A model generated the notes under the pieces. The model saw only the letters and a list, made by a program, of their open reading frames with translations, was not told where the DNA came from and searched no databases. A stretch of 64,000 nt of DNA from Dendrobates tinctorius (taxonomy: Eukaryota): positions 930,001 to 994,000 of the forward strand of contig NW_027361869.1 of the NCBI RefSeq assembly GCF_039654945.1, in the 5' to 3' direction. Shown here piece after piece: positions 26,371 to 39,041 of this stretch (positions are counted from its first letter, which is position 1; each line of letters opens with the position of its first letter). A program made the translations under genes and the position numbers.

Positions 26371-28304
26371 CTGAAAACAGAATTTAGGAACAACTCACGA
26401 TATGTTACCGATGCACGTGTATATATTCAAGCTCACAATGGGTTAAGGCGGGCGTAGATCATATTCGGCCTCCATGTTATGACCTATTAGGCACCTCCGT
26501 GTGTGGCCTCTTGCAGGAAGGGATGGAAGCCGGATCTGAGGACCCCCCCTTCATCCCCTCCTGTCTGCCCTGAGGGCTCTGTAATAATTTCCAGATGACA
26601 ATATCAGAAGGGGAATGAAGGCAGCTGACCCCCTCAGGGTGGAATGAGGGAACTCCAGCTTCCTGCCCCCTCCAAAATCCATTCTCCCCTCCGATAGCGG
26701 GGATTAGTCACAGGACATGATTAACCGGAGGACAAAGCGCAGCAGCGGCAAGACACCTCACAGCAATGGGATGTTAGCGATGCCTTCCAGAAATCCCACA
26801 TCCAACATCTGACTCCACTGGCCATAAAACAAACTGTTTACACATCCTCCGTTACATCCAGAAAACTCGTACAGCGCCCTCGTCAACAACACGGCGGAAG
26901 CGGCCATTTTAGGAGCCGAATCTGGAGTGCACCTCACGACTACAAAAATTGGATCTGCTCTGTGGTGGTGGTGGACAACATCCATACAGTCCTCCAAAGA
27001 ACTTCTTATGGTCTTCTGGTGACATGACTATATCGACATTAGTCAATGACAACTTATCTAGCAAGTTCCCATTCGCAGAAGTCATGGGCACCTCATAGAG
27101 GGGGTTGTCCACCTTTGGGGACAATTTTTTTTTCTTAAATTTAAATGCATGTATTTGTGGCCAATATCAATTTTCCAATTGGAGATGAAGTCCTCAATCG
27201 TGGACAACTTCCCTTTAAAGGCCAGAATGGCAGAATCTCATCTAAACCCATGCAAAGCTGACAGGAGGTGCCCCATGGTCCAGTGGACTACTGTGAGTGG
27301 CATATTACCACTCAAATTGTGCACAGAGCCACCATACGGTCATGTGCTTGTGACCGTAAAGGGGGGTCGTCAAAGACTTAGGTCAACAATATCAAATGGG
27401 TGAGCAGCCAACACCCTACACCCCAACGATCAGCTGTTTGCAGCTCCTGCTGTGGCCGGATGTGCACAGTTTATGAAGCCAAAAAAAAAGTAGAAATGTC
27501 CAGGTCCTATTGAAGTGAATGTGACCTAATCTGCAGTACCTGAGAATGGCCACTATGCAGTGTATAGAGCTGTGGTGATCCAACTCTGTATACATCTGGG
27601 ACTTGGGACTGATGGGTGTTGGACAGACCCCCGCCACCAATCTGATATTAATGACCTATTATTATGCAAGTCCTTGACAATAAAAATAAAATTGCAAACA
27701 ACAAATCCATCCATATTTCAACTAATTGATTTTTTTTTTTTTTTTTGCACATTCCACATGCTAGCCCTATGGCAAAAAAAAAAACAAAACAAAAATCTGA
27801 CCCAATATCTGTGACCCAATTCACACCTTAACATATGAAACTAAGATTTCCTCGACCCTCTCTTATGAGGACATCATTGTTGGCACAGTGCACATAACTG
27901 AACAAGCGGCTTATCAAGGGCCATAAAAATCCACATTAAAGAGACTCTCCGACTTTAGATAACATTCATTACTGGCCTGTGAACGCCTGTTTTCCTTATT
28001 GCATTGTGTCATCTGACCAACAAATTGAATAACTACATGTACAGCTCAAGGCAAAACAATAGCAAGGTGGCTCCTCAGATACAATGCCTTGAAAATGTAT
28101 TCACACCCAGTAAACTTTTCCACATTTTTCACGTCACACCCACAGACTTAAATGTATTTTATTGGGGTGTTACGTGATTTACCAACACAAAGGAGCAGAT
28201 AAAAGAAAATTAAACAAGATTTTCTAATTTTTTTTTTTTTTTTTTTTTTAAATCCAACTCAGAAAATTGTGTTGTGCATTTGTATTCAGCCCTCCACAGA
28301 CTAA

Positions 28305-28661
28305 GGGTACCGTCACATTTAGCGATGCACCAGCGATCCCGACCACGATATGACCCGGTCAGGCTCACTGGTGCATCACCAAATGGTCGCTAGTGAGCTG
28401 CCAAACAGGCAGATCTCACTAGCGATGCAGCAGCGGACATTACTTACCTGTCAGACGCGGCGATGAAGATGTCCTCCCGCCCGTGTCCACGCGTCGCTCG
28501 TCGGCGCCAGCAGGAAGAGGCCCAGGACGTTCTCGCGCGATCAGCGATAGCCAGCGGGGGAGCTGGTCGGAGGTAGCACACATAGCGATATCGCTAGCAA
28601 TATCGCTGCTGTGTCACAAAATCGGTGACGCTTAAGCGATCTCGCTTAGTGTGACGGGGCC
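28305..28661. mobile_element. Harbinger-type MITE nested in Tc1
   Basis: Inverted relative of 453-824; TAA/TTA flanks. Confidence 0.8.
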
Positions 28662-29131
28662 TTAATACTCCTAAATAAAAACCTGAGTGACAAATTGCCT
28701 CCATGAATCACAATTAGTAAATTGAGTCACCCTGTGTGTAATTTATTCTCAGAACTACAGCCGTTCTGTGAAGGTCTCAGGTTTGCGTGAGAACATTAGG
28801 GATCAAACAGCAACATAAAAACCAAGGAGCACACCAGACAGGTCAGGGATAAAGTTGTGAAGAAAAGTAAAGTGGGGTCAGGTTGTAAATAAAAAAAAAA
28901 AAAAAAAAAAAAATAGCCCAAGCTCTGAACCTCTCATTTTCAATCCATCTTCCAAAAATGGAAGGCGTATGGCACAACTGGAAACCTACCAAGACATAGC
29001 CGTCCACCTAAACTGACATCCAAAGCATGGAGAACACCAAGTAGCAAAGCAGGCAAGGGGCACATGGTCACTGGAGGAGCTGCAGAGATCCATAGCTCAG
29101 ATGAGAGAATATGTCCACAGGACAACTATTA

Positions 29132-29313
29132 GGCTGGGGTCACACTTGCGAGTGCAACACGAGAAACTCACGCCTCAATACCCAGCACTGCCACCGGCGT
29201 TTCGGACCGGAGCGTTCAGCTGAATAGAAAGACATGCAGCCACACACTCCGGTCCCAAGTGCCGGGTATTGATGAGAGTTTCTCGCATTTCACTCGAAAG
29301 TGTGACCCCGGTC
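29132..29313. mobile_element. MITE interrupting the Tc1 transposase
   Basis: TTA TSD; TIR GGCTGGGGTCACACTT / AAGTGTGACCCCGGTC. Confidence 0.8.
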
Positions 29314-31632
29314 TTAGTCCTATACTCCACATGTCTGGTCTTTTCAGAAGAGTGGCAAGAAGAAAGCTATTTTTTAAAGCAAGCCATAAAAAGTCTTGCT
29401 TGAAGTCATGTTGGGAACACAGCATGTGGAAGAAGGTGCTCTGGTCAGATAAGCCCAAAGTAGACCTTTTTGGCTAAATGCAAAATGCTATATGTGGCAG
29501 AAAATGAACACAGCACATCACCCTGAAAATGCCATCCCCGCCATCAAACATGGAGGTGGCAACATCAAACTGTGGGGAGGCTTTTCTTCAGGAGGGACAG
29601 GTAAGCTGGTCAGAGTTGATGGGAACGTGGATGGAGCTAAATACAAGGCAATCCTGGAGGAAGACCTGCTGAAGGCTGCAAAAGACTTGAGACTGGGGCG
29701 TAGGTTCACCTTCATGGAGGACAACGACCCTAAACATCCTGCCAGAGGTACAAAGCATGGTTTACATCTAAACATATTCATGTGTGTGAGTTCCAATCAC
29801 ACTCCAGACCTAAATCCCAGTGAGAATCTGTGGCAAAACGAAAATTTCTGTTCAGACGCCTCCATCCAATCTCAATGAGCAAAAATGTCACCTCTAGATG
29901 TGCAAAATTGATAAGAGACAGACCCAAAATACTTGCAGCAGTAATTGCAGCGAAAGGTGGTCCTAACAAAGTATTGACTCAGGGGGGCTTGACTACAAAT
30001 GCTCCTTACAATTTTCAGATTTATTATTTTAGTATTTAGAAAACCCATGAATCTTTTCCTCTAGACTTCACTTATAATTGTATTTTGTGTGATTATGCCA
30101 ACACAATAGCAAGGAAGTTTATGGGTGCAATGTGAAAAAGTTCACAGGGTATGCATACTTTTTCAAGGCACTGTACGTATACATCAAAATCAAGAAGCAG
30201 AATAACTATTACCACCATGCTCCACGTAGATTCAACAAATTCACAGTTACCCCCAATTGAGAATACAGTACATAGAAAGAACTAAAATTATGACATTAGT
30301 GGAAATTGCAAATATTAAATTTAGAGCTAAAGCTTAGTAATAACCAATATGGCGGCACCCAAAGCTTCAGTCATCCCATTTCTCTACATATGGGCCACTG
30401 GATAAATCAGATTATCCCTGGCACCAGCTGATAAGAAGGACTAAAGACCTTACAACAGTCGCTCTGGAGGACACAGTGCCACCATACTGTACATGACTTT
30501 AATACAGTATCGGACATAAGAACGCGCTGCCTGCGTCCCCTGACAATAACAGCAGATTAATGGGGGTTGCAATAGACCACTTTAAGACTATGGAGCGATA
30601 TAGAGAATACAAAGTGGTTCAATGGCTGCCAGCCACCTACAGCCACCATGCAAGGTCGTGTGGCCAAAGTCAAAATAGTATTTTTAGTTTGGTGGGTTGG
30701 AGGGAGCAATGAAATGTTCACTGATATAAAGTGATTACAATGGTCCCAACACCCCCCCAGGGGGTAGATTTATCAAACCGGTCCGACTCAAAATGTGGCC
30801 TTGTTGTTCATAGCAACCAACCAGGGCAGGAGTCATTTTCTACTTTTTTAATGTAAAAGTTCAACATTTAAGGTTTTCCCAAAATAGAAGTTAACCACCA
30901 GACAATTCTTAAGATTGATAGTGGTCTAACTGCTCGGACCCCCAATGATCCTGAAAATGGGGCTCAACATATCCCCCATGTAGGTGTACAGGCCTCTGCT
31001 CCAGTCATTGTCAGAGGGAAATAGCTGAGAGCTGTACTCTCGTTCTCTAGGATCACGGGGGGGGGGGGGGGGGTTAGCGGTCAGACCCCCAGTGATCATC
31101 AAGTTACGGTATCCCATATAAAACAGAGGATAGCTTGTTATTTCGAGGGAAAAACCCTTTAACCCTAAATTGGTTGCTATGGGAAACAGAGCCAGTTTTG
31201 GTAAATGGGGAACTCATAGGATTGAATTTTTCCTCCTGAACCAACAGGAGAGGAGTCCGCGTCTGTCGCTCCGAAGTCACATTTCTGGAGGTTTTCAGCC
31301 CACAGATAAAGTAGCGTTTGGGGAAGCAGACATTTCACCCAACCCAAATGGAAGTATATTATGACTGAAACGGCTGACAACCGTGGATAAAATGCATAAA
31401 AGGGGGGGACAAAAAACTAAAACACCAACAACGTAGAGTTAAATTTTGGGGGGTGCAAAATAAGGGATTACATGCGTGACAGCCACGAGGAAGTACCATA
31501 AATACATACGATAAGACCAGCACAGCCTGCTCAGTAGTTGTCCACATTCAATGGCGCCATTAACAATGATTAGTAAGCGATACACAAGACGAGCTGTTCG
31601 CTATGGAGCATGGCTCCAAGTGGACACAATCA

Positions 31633-32230
31633 GGGTATGTGCACACGTTGCGGATTCTGCTGCGGATCCACAGCAGATTCTCCTGTGTTGTACAGTACCA
31701 TCAGGCCAGGTTCAGATTGCGTTAGGGAAGTCCGTTCAACGTATGCGCTAGCGATCCCGATAGCAGTGACGGACCCTCGGACGCTGCAGACCGCATCCGA
31801 GGGTCCGTCACAGAATGACGGCACATCGCTAACGCATGTCGATTATGACAAGCATTAGTGATGTGCTCGTCTATAGCAGTGTATAGGTGCGTTAAGCATC
31901 CGTTACACAGCATTAATGCCGCTGTGTAACGGACGTGTTAAACGCACCCCCTAAACGCAATATGAACCCAGCCTTAAAGTCAATCTGAAATTAAAACCGC
32001 TGTGCACATGCTACGGAAAAATCCGCAGCATGTCAATTCTTTTTGCGGATTCCGGAGCGTTTTACACCTGCTCCATTATAGGAATCCGCAGGTGTAAAAA
32101 CACAGGTGGAATCCGCAGAAAATCTGCACAAAATCCGCACTAAATCATCATCATCATCATTTTACCTGCGGATTTAGCAAAATCCGCGCAGAAAAATCAG
32201 CAGGGTAATCCGCAACGTGTGCACATACCT
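31633..32230. mobile_element. Harbinger-type MITE with a nested MITE at 31704-31973
   Basis: TIRs GGGTATGTGCACACGTTGCGG / CCGCAACGTGTGCACATACC. Confidence 0.8.
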
Positions 32231-32233
32231 TTA

Positions 32234-33461
32234 GGCTGTGTGCCCACGTAGCGTTAAAGCGTTTCGGCAGCGCTTTTAGACAAGCGATTCTGCTCCAGAA
32301 GTACTTAAGAAAAGCACCCAATTGACTTTTAATGAAAAACGCACATGTTGTGCCAATGGTGCATTTTTAATCGCTGCGGAAACACTTAGCGATTAAAAAC
32401 GCAGCATGTTCATTAATTTTGCGGAATCGCACGCAATTCCGCATACCATCAATTATATGGGCAAAAACGCTTAGGAAAACGCATGCAAAAACGCTTGAGG
32501 CTGTGTGACCACGTAGCGATTTTTAAGCGTTTTTGCTGCGATTTTCGGAGCAAAAACGTTTAAAAATCTTGTACATGACGCCCCCCATGCATTCCTATGG
32601 CATTCCGCACACGCTGTGCTAATGTTGCGCTTTTTTCCGCTGCGGAATCGCATCGCGGAAAAAAAAAAAAAAAATTGCAGCATGATCATTCTTTTGTGTG
32701 AAATTGCAATGAATTGCTGCGATTCCGCACCCATAGGAATGCATGAGAATCGCTTACTTCCGGCATGTGGCTATGCCCACCATGCGCGAAGTTAAGCGTC
32801 TCATGTGTGGTTGGTACCCACGGTGTGGAGGAGAGGAGACTGTCCTCCAGGCCCTGGGTACCATACCCCTGTAAAAAAATCGGGGTATATTTATCTTCCG
32901 ACGTCCCGCGCTGCCATCCCGCTCTCAGCATTCCCAGTAATGCCTTGTGGCAAGGTCCTGTGATGATGTGGTCTCGTGAGATCGCTATAGTAACGCGAGC
33001 CCAACGTCATCACAGGTCTCGCAAGGCATCGCTGGGAACGCTGAGGCCCGGGATGGCAGCGCGGGACGTCGGAAGGTAAATATACCCCGATTTATTTTTT
33101 TATCATTTTTAACATTCTATCTCTTACTATTGATGCTGCATAGGCGGCCTCAATAGTAAAAAGCTGCTCACACTTGTCAAACACTATGTTTGACGAGTGT
33201 GACCAACCAATCACTTTCCAAGCGATGCTTCAAATCGCTTGGAAAGTGCTTGACAAAATCGCGAACAGAATCGCGGTGAAATCACGCGGAAAAAAAAAAG
33301 CGCGATTTCTGGGAAGGAGTCTGGTTTTCTGTGTGCGTTTTAACATGCAACGTGGGCACATAGCCTGACAAACGCTTACAAAAGCGCGTTTTCCCGGGAG
33401 CAGGGTGTGCGATTCTGCTCAGGTTCATTCTGCTTCAGAATCGCTATGTGGGCACATAACC
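32234..33461. mobile_element. Harbinger-type MITE with a nested large palindromic MITE at 32499-33365
   Basis: Outer TIR GGCTGTGTGCCCACGTAGCG / CGCTATGTGGGCACATAACC; inner element has a TGA TSD and matches 9138-10083 in inverted orientation. Confidence 0.8.
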
Positions 33462-33929
33462 TAAAGCTGCTACACAACTGAAAACAGCAGCTATTATTCC
33501 AAAAGCGGTCACTTTTTTTTTTGCATAGCCTTTACTTAAAAAAAAAAACAAAAAAAAAAAAAAAAAACCTGACTAAAACATTGCTATATTCCCTAACCAC
33601 TAAATTTAGGTTTGTTGTGAGTTTGCCAAAAAAAAAAAATACAATGCACACACACACACATATATACATACACACACACACACACCCCATTGCTTTTTTT
33701 TGTGAGAAACACAAAATATTATGGACAGTTGGTGACTGAGTCAACAGTATGTTTTGGGCTTTTTTTGTTGATAGGGTGATTATATTTCTGGCAGGTTTCT
33801 CTATAGAAATAAAGAAATAGACAAATTAATAAAAAAAAAAAAAAATAAAATAAAAAAAATACATAGTTAGTAAAGTAAAAGTGAACCAGGAAAAAAAAAA
33901 AAAAAAATTTATATTCCAATTTATTCAAG

Positions 33930-34158
33930 TACATTGAAAATCAGATTATTGCGCATTAAAAGAGAAGAGAAGGGATGCAAAGGCAGTGAAACAAGTTTCT
34001 TAAGTATATGTACAAGGATGCACTGCCAAAAATATTACCTTAACTAACGCGTTTCAGACATGGAAGCCCTTACTCATGGGTGATGCGTGTTCAAAATGCG
34101 CAAGATGTCACCCCCTCTTTTCCTTTAATGGACTTCAATAAACTGGATTTTTAATATA
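33930..34158 (-). mobile_element. Short palindromic element with a degenerate hammerhead-like core (possibly Penelope-related)
   Basis: ~50-bp imperfect terminal inverted repeats; minus-strand core ATGAGTA-AGGGCTTCCATGTCT-GAAACGCGT. Confidence 0.45.
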
Positions 34159-34856
34159 CACTGCTCAAAAAAGTAAAGGGAACACAAACAGAATATAACT
34201 GCAAGTAAATCAAACTTCTGTGAAATCCAACTGTCCACTTAGGGAGCAACACTGATTGACAATCAATTTCACATGATGTTGTGCAAATGGAATAGACAAC
34301 AGATGGAAACTATTGGCAATTATCAAGTCACCCTCAATAAAAGGAGTGGTTCTGCAGGTGGGGACCACAGACCACATCTTAGTACCAATGCTTTCTGGCT
34401 GATGTTTTGGTCACTTGAATGTTGGTTGTGCTTTCACACTCGTGGTAGCACAAGACGGATTCTACAACCCACACAAGTTGCTCAGGTAGTGCAGCTCATC
34501 CAGGATGGCACATCGATGCGAGCTGTGGCAAAAAGGTTTGCTGTGTCTGTCAGCGTAGAGTCCAGAGGCGCTACCAGGAGACAGGCCAGTACACCAGGAG
34601 ACGTGGAGGGGGCCATAGGAGGGCAACAACCCAGCAACAGGACCGCTACCTCAGCCTTTGTGCAAGGAGGAACAGGAGGAGCACTGCCAGAGCCCTGCAA
34701 AAAGGCCACAAATGTGCATGTGTCTGCACAAACGGTTAGAAACCTACTCCACGAGGATGGTCTGAGTGACCGACGTCCACAGATGGGGGTTGTGCTCACA
34801 GCCCAACACCATGCGGCCCTCCAAAGAAATGCCACCCCACACCATTACTGACCCAC

Positions 34857-36049
34857 TGTTAGGAACGGCGGAACGCACTAAATAAAGTGCGTTCGTCGCT
34901 CAGGGTCCACCGTGCAGTTTGTGTTAAACTGCTGCTAGATAATGGCAGACACGGTATGTGGCGGTATATTGCACGCGGGTTAGACGTCACCCGATGTGCG
35001 CTGGGTGTACTCTGTTAGCTTCACAGAGATGCCTAAGGAATTAAACGCTGAGCCTGTTGGACTCACAGGTCTCAGATAAGTGCACGCACGATATATGGTC
35101 ACAGAAGCTGGGCCCTAGGCAGAGGGTCAGAGTTCGTCTAGACCTACCGTGCGGCCGGCGTCGCAACTGCTGATGCCAAGAAGAGCTGCAGACTGCAGCG
35201 CGGCGACAGACACTGCCGCTAATCGACAATGCCCGGTAGCAGGCGTACTGTCGGAAGCTAGCACTGTGGAGGATGCTGTTGTGGCTTGCAGCTTGCCACT
35301 TGCTGGCGCAGATTCTAAACCTAAGTCCCTATACACACTCGTAATATCAGAGGAAGGGGATCTTGGTGAGTCATTCGCAGGTTCATGCATCCGTAATCAT
35401 TCACAGTAGCAACTAGAGACTATACTAGCGCATGGCCGAGCGGCCATGCAGGCCTTTTATAGCCGTGCGCTTCCGGGACCTTCCAGAACTCTGAGATGGA
35501 CAAATCAGATCTGGAGAAGGACCTGAGCACGTGACTCCTGATCTCCAATGGGAGATCGCCTCGTGAGCATGCCCAGTGACGGAGGGACTTAGCCTCTGGA
35601 GCGATTTGTTGCTGAACAGCCTGCATTGCTATTGCTGACCCAAAGGTGGCAGCAACTGCCAGACCCACAGGAGCAGGACTGGGCAGAGCGTCTGCTCAGC
35701 AATCCCGGCGTCCCAATCTCCTCTGCGGTCGATAGATGATGGGAGACCGCAGAATGTGAGGCTCTGGATTCCTGTTGAGCCGCTGCAGGAACCCGACGCC
35801 TAAGGCCTGTTTCACACTTCCGTTTTTTCAAATCTGTCAAAATCCGTTGTTTTCTGTAAAAAAACGGATCTGCCGTTTTTTGCAGGATCCTTTTTTTTGT
35901 CCCATAGACTTCCATTACGGTTACCGCGGATCCGTAAAAAAAGGATCCGTTTTTTTAAAAACGGATCCGTTGGCATCCGTTTCCGTCAAAAAAACGGAAA
36001 CGGATCCGTTTGGCGGACACAAAAACGGAAGTGTGAAACAGGCCTAACA
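34857..36049. mobile_element. Solo LTR inserted in the foldback Tc1
   Basis: TGTTAGG ... CCTAACA termini with a 5-bp CCCAC TSD; the Tc1 sequence resumes on the far side. Confidence 0.85.
35804..36044. mobile_element. MITE nested in the solo LTR
   Basis: TAA TSD; perfect TIR GGCCTGTTTCACACTTCCGTTTTT; CGGATCCG-rich interior. Confidence 0.88.
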
Positions 36050-38952
36050 CCCACTGCCAAACTGGTCATGCTGAAGGATGTTGCAGGCAGCAGATCGTTC
36101 TCCACGGCGTCTCCAGACTGTTAAGTCTGTCACATGTGCTCAGTGTGAACCTGCTTTCATCTGTGAAGAGCACAGGGCGCCAGTGGTGAATCTGCCAGTC
36201 CTGGTGTTCTGTGGCAAATACCAAGCATCCTGCACGGCGTTGGGCTGTGAGCACATCCCCCATCTGTGGACGTCAGGCCCTCAGACCATCCTCATGGAGT
36301 TGGTTTCTAACAGTTTGTGCAGACACATGCACATTAGTGGCCTGCTGGAGGTCATTTTGCAGGGCTCTGGCAGTGCTACTCCTTGCACAAAGGTGGAGGT
36401 AGCGGTCCTGGTGCTGGGTTGTTGCCCTCCTACAGCCCCAGCCTCTGGACTACGCTGACAGACACAGCAAACCTTCTTGCCACAGCTCGCATTGATGTGC
36501 CATCCTGGATGAGCTGCACTACCTCAGCCACTTTTGTATGTACAGTCCATCTCATGCTACCACAAATGTGAAAGCACAACCAACATTCAAGTGACCAAAA
36601 CATCAGCCAGAAAGCATTGGTACTGAGATGTGGTCTGTGGTCCCCACCTGCAGAACCACTCCTTTATTGAGTGTGTCTTGATAATTACCAATAATTTCCA
36701 TCTGTTGTCTATTCCATTTGCACAACATCATGTGAAATTGATTGTCAATCAGTGTTGCTTCCTAAGTGGACAGTTTTATTTCACAGAAGTTTGATTTACT
36801 TGGAGTTATATTCTGTTTAAGTGTTCCCTTTATTTTTTTGAGCAGCGTATATATATTTTTATTTACACACACATTTTTGGTACTGGATTATCCCCTTTCC
36901 CTGATTTACATTTCTTGTTCTGTTGGGAGACACAGACTCCGAGACATCGAGCTCCGGCCACGTGGAATTCCGTCTACATTGCCTCTGGTCTATGGTGAGA
37001 TCATTTTATGTTTATTTCCTTTATGTTCCCTAAGGGGGGGCACCTGGCTATTTGGCACAAGAAGGTGAAAAAAGCGGAAACATCATGCAAAAAAAAAAAA
37101 AAAAAAATGCAATATCTAGGGCACATTCCAATTTAGTGGATTTTTTCAGAAATGAAAGGATTACAGAATTTATTTCAAGTGGGGTTGGGGTGAACCTTCT
37201 TCTCCCACCCCCAAATCAAAATGCACCTCACCAAGTGCACTAGTGATGCTTCTCCCATTGCTGCCATCAAAACAACTTTTTCAGAGTATTTGCAGCATTT
37301 TTTGGGTGGGTTTATAGCAGAATCTGCTCCTGAGTCCCTGGAAGGAAGCTTTTGGGGTACTCCTGGTGCTGCCTCATTTCTCGCACCTAATTAATGTCCA
37401 GGTTTTTTAATTTAAGCCGTGACAAAGCCCCTGAGCCCGTGGGATGATGACATCATGCGACTGCAGCACACACGGGCAGAGCTGCACTGCCGCACGCACG
37501 GCGCAGCACACACCGGTCACATGACCTGCCCCTGTGCCATGCTTTGTGCTTAGTAGAAAGCATGGTCAGCCACGGACTACATCTCCCGGCATTCCCCGCG
37601 CCGCAGCACTACGTTTCCCGTCAAGAAGTGCGCTCCGACACTCCTACTCCAGGCGGGCTGCAGAGTCACGGCCAGGCCTGTCTGCGCTATAACATGTCCC
37701 ACTCCCCCCTCAGCGTGGAAACAGGCGGCAAGGTCACGAATAGGAATCAAAACGGCTTCCATAATACTAGCTGGCCCTGGGAAGGCATGGAAATATCCAG
37801 TGCTGCCCTTTTCACCTCAGCCATATTAGTGACAAAAACACCACGAGTGGTGAAGCAACACGGAGGGGGCGTGGGACACGGCTGAGCTGGTCATACATCT
37901 CCATACATTAAGTCGTCAGAAATCGGCCTCATTGACCACAACTGATCGTTTTTTGGCCCCCTCACTGGGTCTCCGCCACAAATAATGGAGAAATTCGTCG
38001 TTAATGTGAAGCAACGACAGAAAGTCGTTGGCGGTGAACTTGGCACCCAACAGTAGCCCAGCGAGGGTTTGTCGCTGCCAATTTTGGCCAAAGACTCCAC
38101 ATTGCGGAGCCAAGCAGCAGAGATGTCCATTTTTATTTTGGGGGGTTCCTAAATCAAAAAGTATTTTGCAACCCCCAATCCGGCTGCCAAGGAGAACCCG
38201 GACACCGAACCGGGGGGCGCGAATCGAAGTCTTCACCTCGAATCCTATCGAATGGATTCGTATGATCGAACGCTGCCAACCGGGGGCGTAAAACCGCCAA
38301 ATCCATCATCGCTTATGGCAACCATCATGTGCCAGTCTTGACCTTAAAAGCTGTCCCTTCTCAGTGTGCCAGTCTACTTCCTACTGACTGTGACCTTGTG
38401 CAGGCGGCATTCTGTAAGGGATGCCATGGACTCCAGGTGTAGGGAGGCATGCTGGCACTTGTGGTGTCCTGGATGCAGACCAGCACTACTACACATCAGG
38501 TGTTGCTTGTCTGCCTGCCTGGATCCCCATTGCTGGGAAATCAGCTGATTGCCCAAGGAGGGGGGTGTGTTGTGTGGCTGCACAGGAGCCCAGATTTGAG
38601 CTAAATACCCCTGATATGCAGTGAGCGGGTGCAGTTAGGGGGCCGGGTTTCCCTGGCAGTGTTTGCATGCTCCCTGATTACAGCTCTGCAGCATGGCCGA
38701 GGCACCACGTGGGTCTGTTTGCAAGTGACAAACCTTCCCCTGCGCCCTTTAAAAAAAACCTTCTCCCCACTTCCAAGGATGCATGGACTCCCCTCCTATA
38801 CAGCCAGGCTGGATTTAGGGTGCACAAGGGGGGACCCCCTTGTAATCCGCCCCCTTCTAAACACAGCTGACCCCCTCCTACCTTCTCCTTTCCTGCAAGG
38901 TGATCTGCAGCATGTGCACTAGCAGCAAGCATTGGCGGGCATGGGTACCTAC

Positions 38953-39041
38953 CTGCACAGACCACCAATGACTTCTTTTTCCGTCTTCCTGAAGTGTTGC
39001 AGGGAGGGCACTTTCTGCGCGGGCATCATGAAATACTCCAT
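38953..39041 (-). CDS. TFAP4: TFAP4 coding exon 1 (MEYFMMPAQKVPSLQHFRKTEKEVIGGLC-S)
   Basis: Manual minus-strand translation from the ATG at 39041; donor AG|GTAGGT at 38952; matches the known AP-4 N-terminus; not in the ORF track in this frame. Confidence 0.96.

Larger units (their letters stand above)
28082..30173 (+). mobile_element. Tc1-like transposon with a decayed transposase and two nested MITEs
   Basis: TA TSD; TIRs CAATGCCTTGAAAA / TTTTCAAGGCACTG; ORF fragments WKKVLWSD, KHGGGNIKLWG, DNDPKH, PDLNPSENLW. Confidence 0.92.
34159..36847. mobile_element. Foldback Tc1 derivative: two 5' halves in inverted orientation
   Basis: TA TSD; TIR CACTGCTCAAAAAA..AAAGGGAACAC at both ends; transposase N-terminal pieces on + (34440-34814) and on - (34815-36560). 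Confidence 0.88.
21445..39041 (-). other. TFAP4: TFAP4 gene span (start to stop codon), 7 coding exons, 993 nt CDS, 330 aa
   Basis: Exons of 89+166+99+171+129+165+174 nt splice in frame with GT-AG ends. Protein begins MEYFMMPAQKVPSLQHFRKTEKEVIGGLCSLANIPL and contains the AP-4 bHLH, leucine repeats and the TSRQNLDTIVQAIQHIEG motif. Confidence 0.98.

Noticed and set aside
34273-34851. 192-aa ORF as a host gene
   Set aside because: Frameshifted Tc1 transposase 5' sequence
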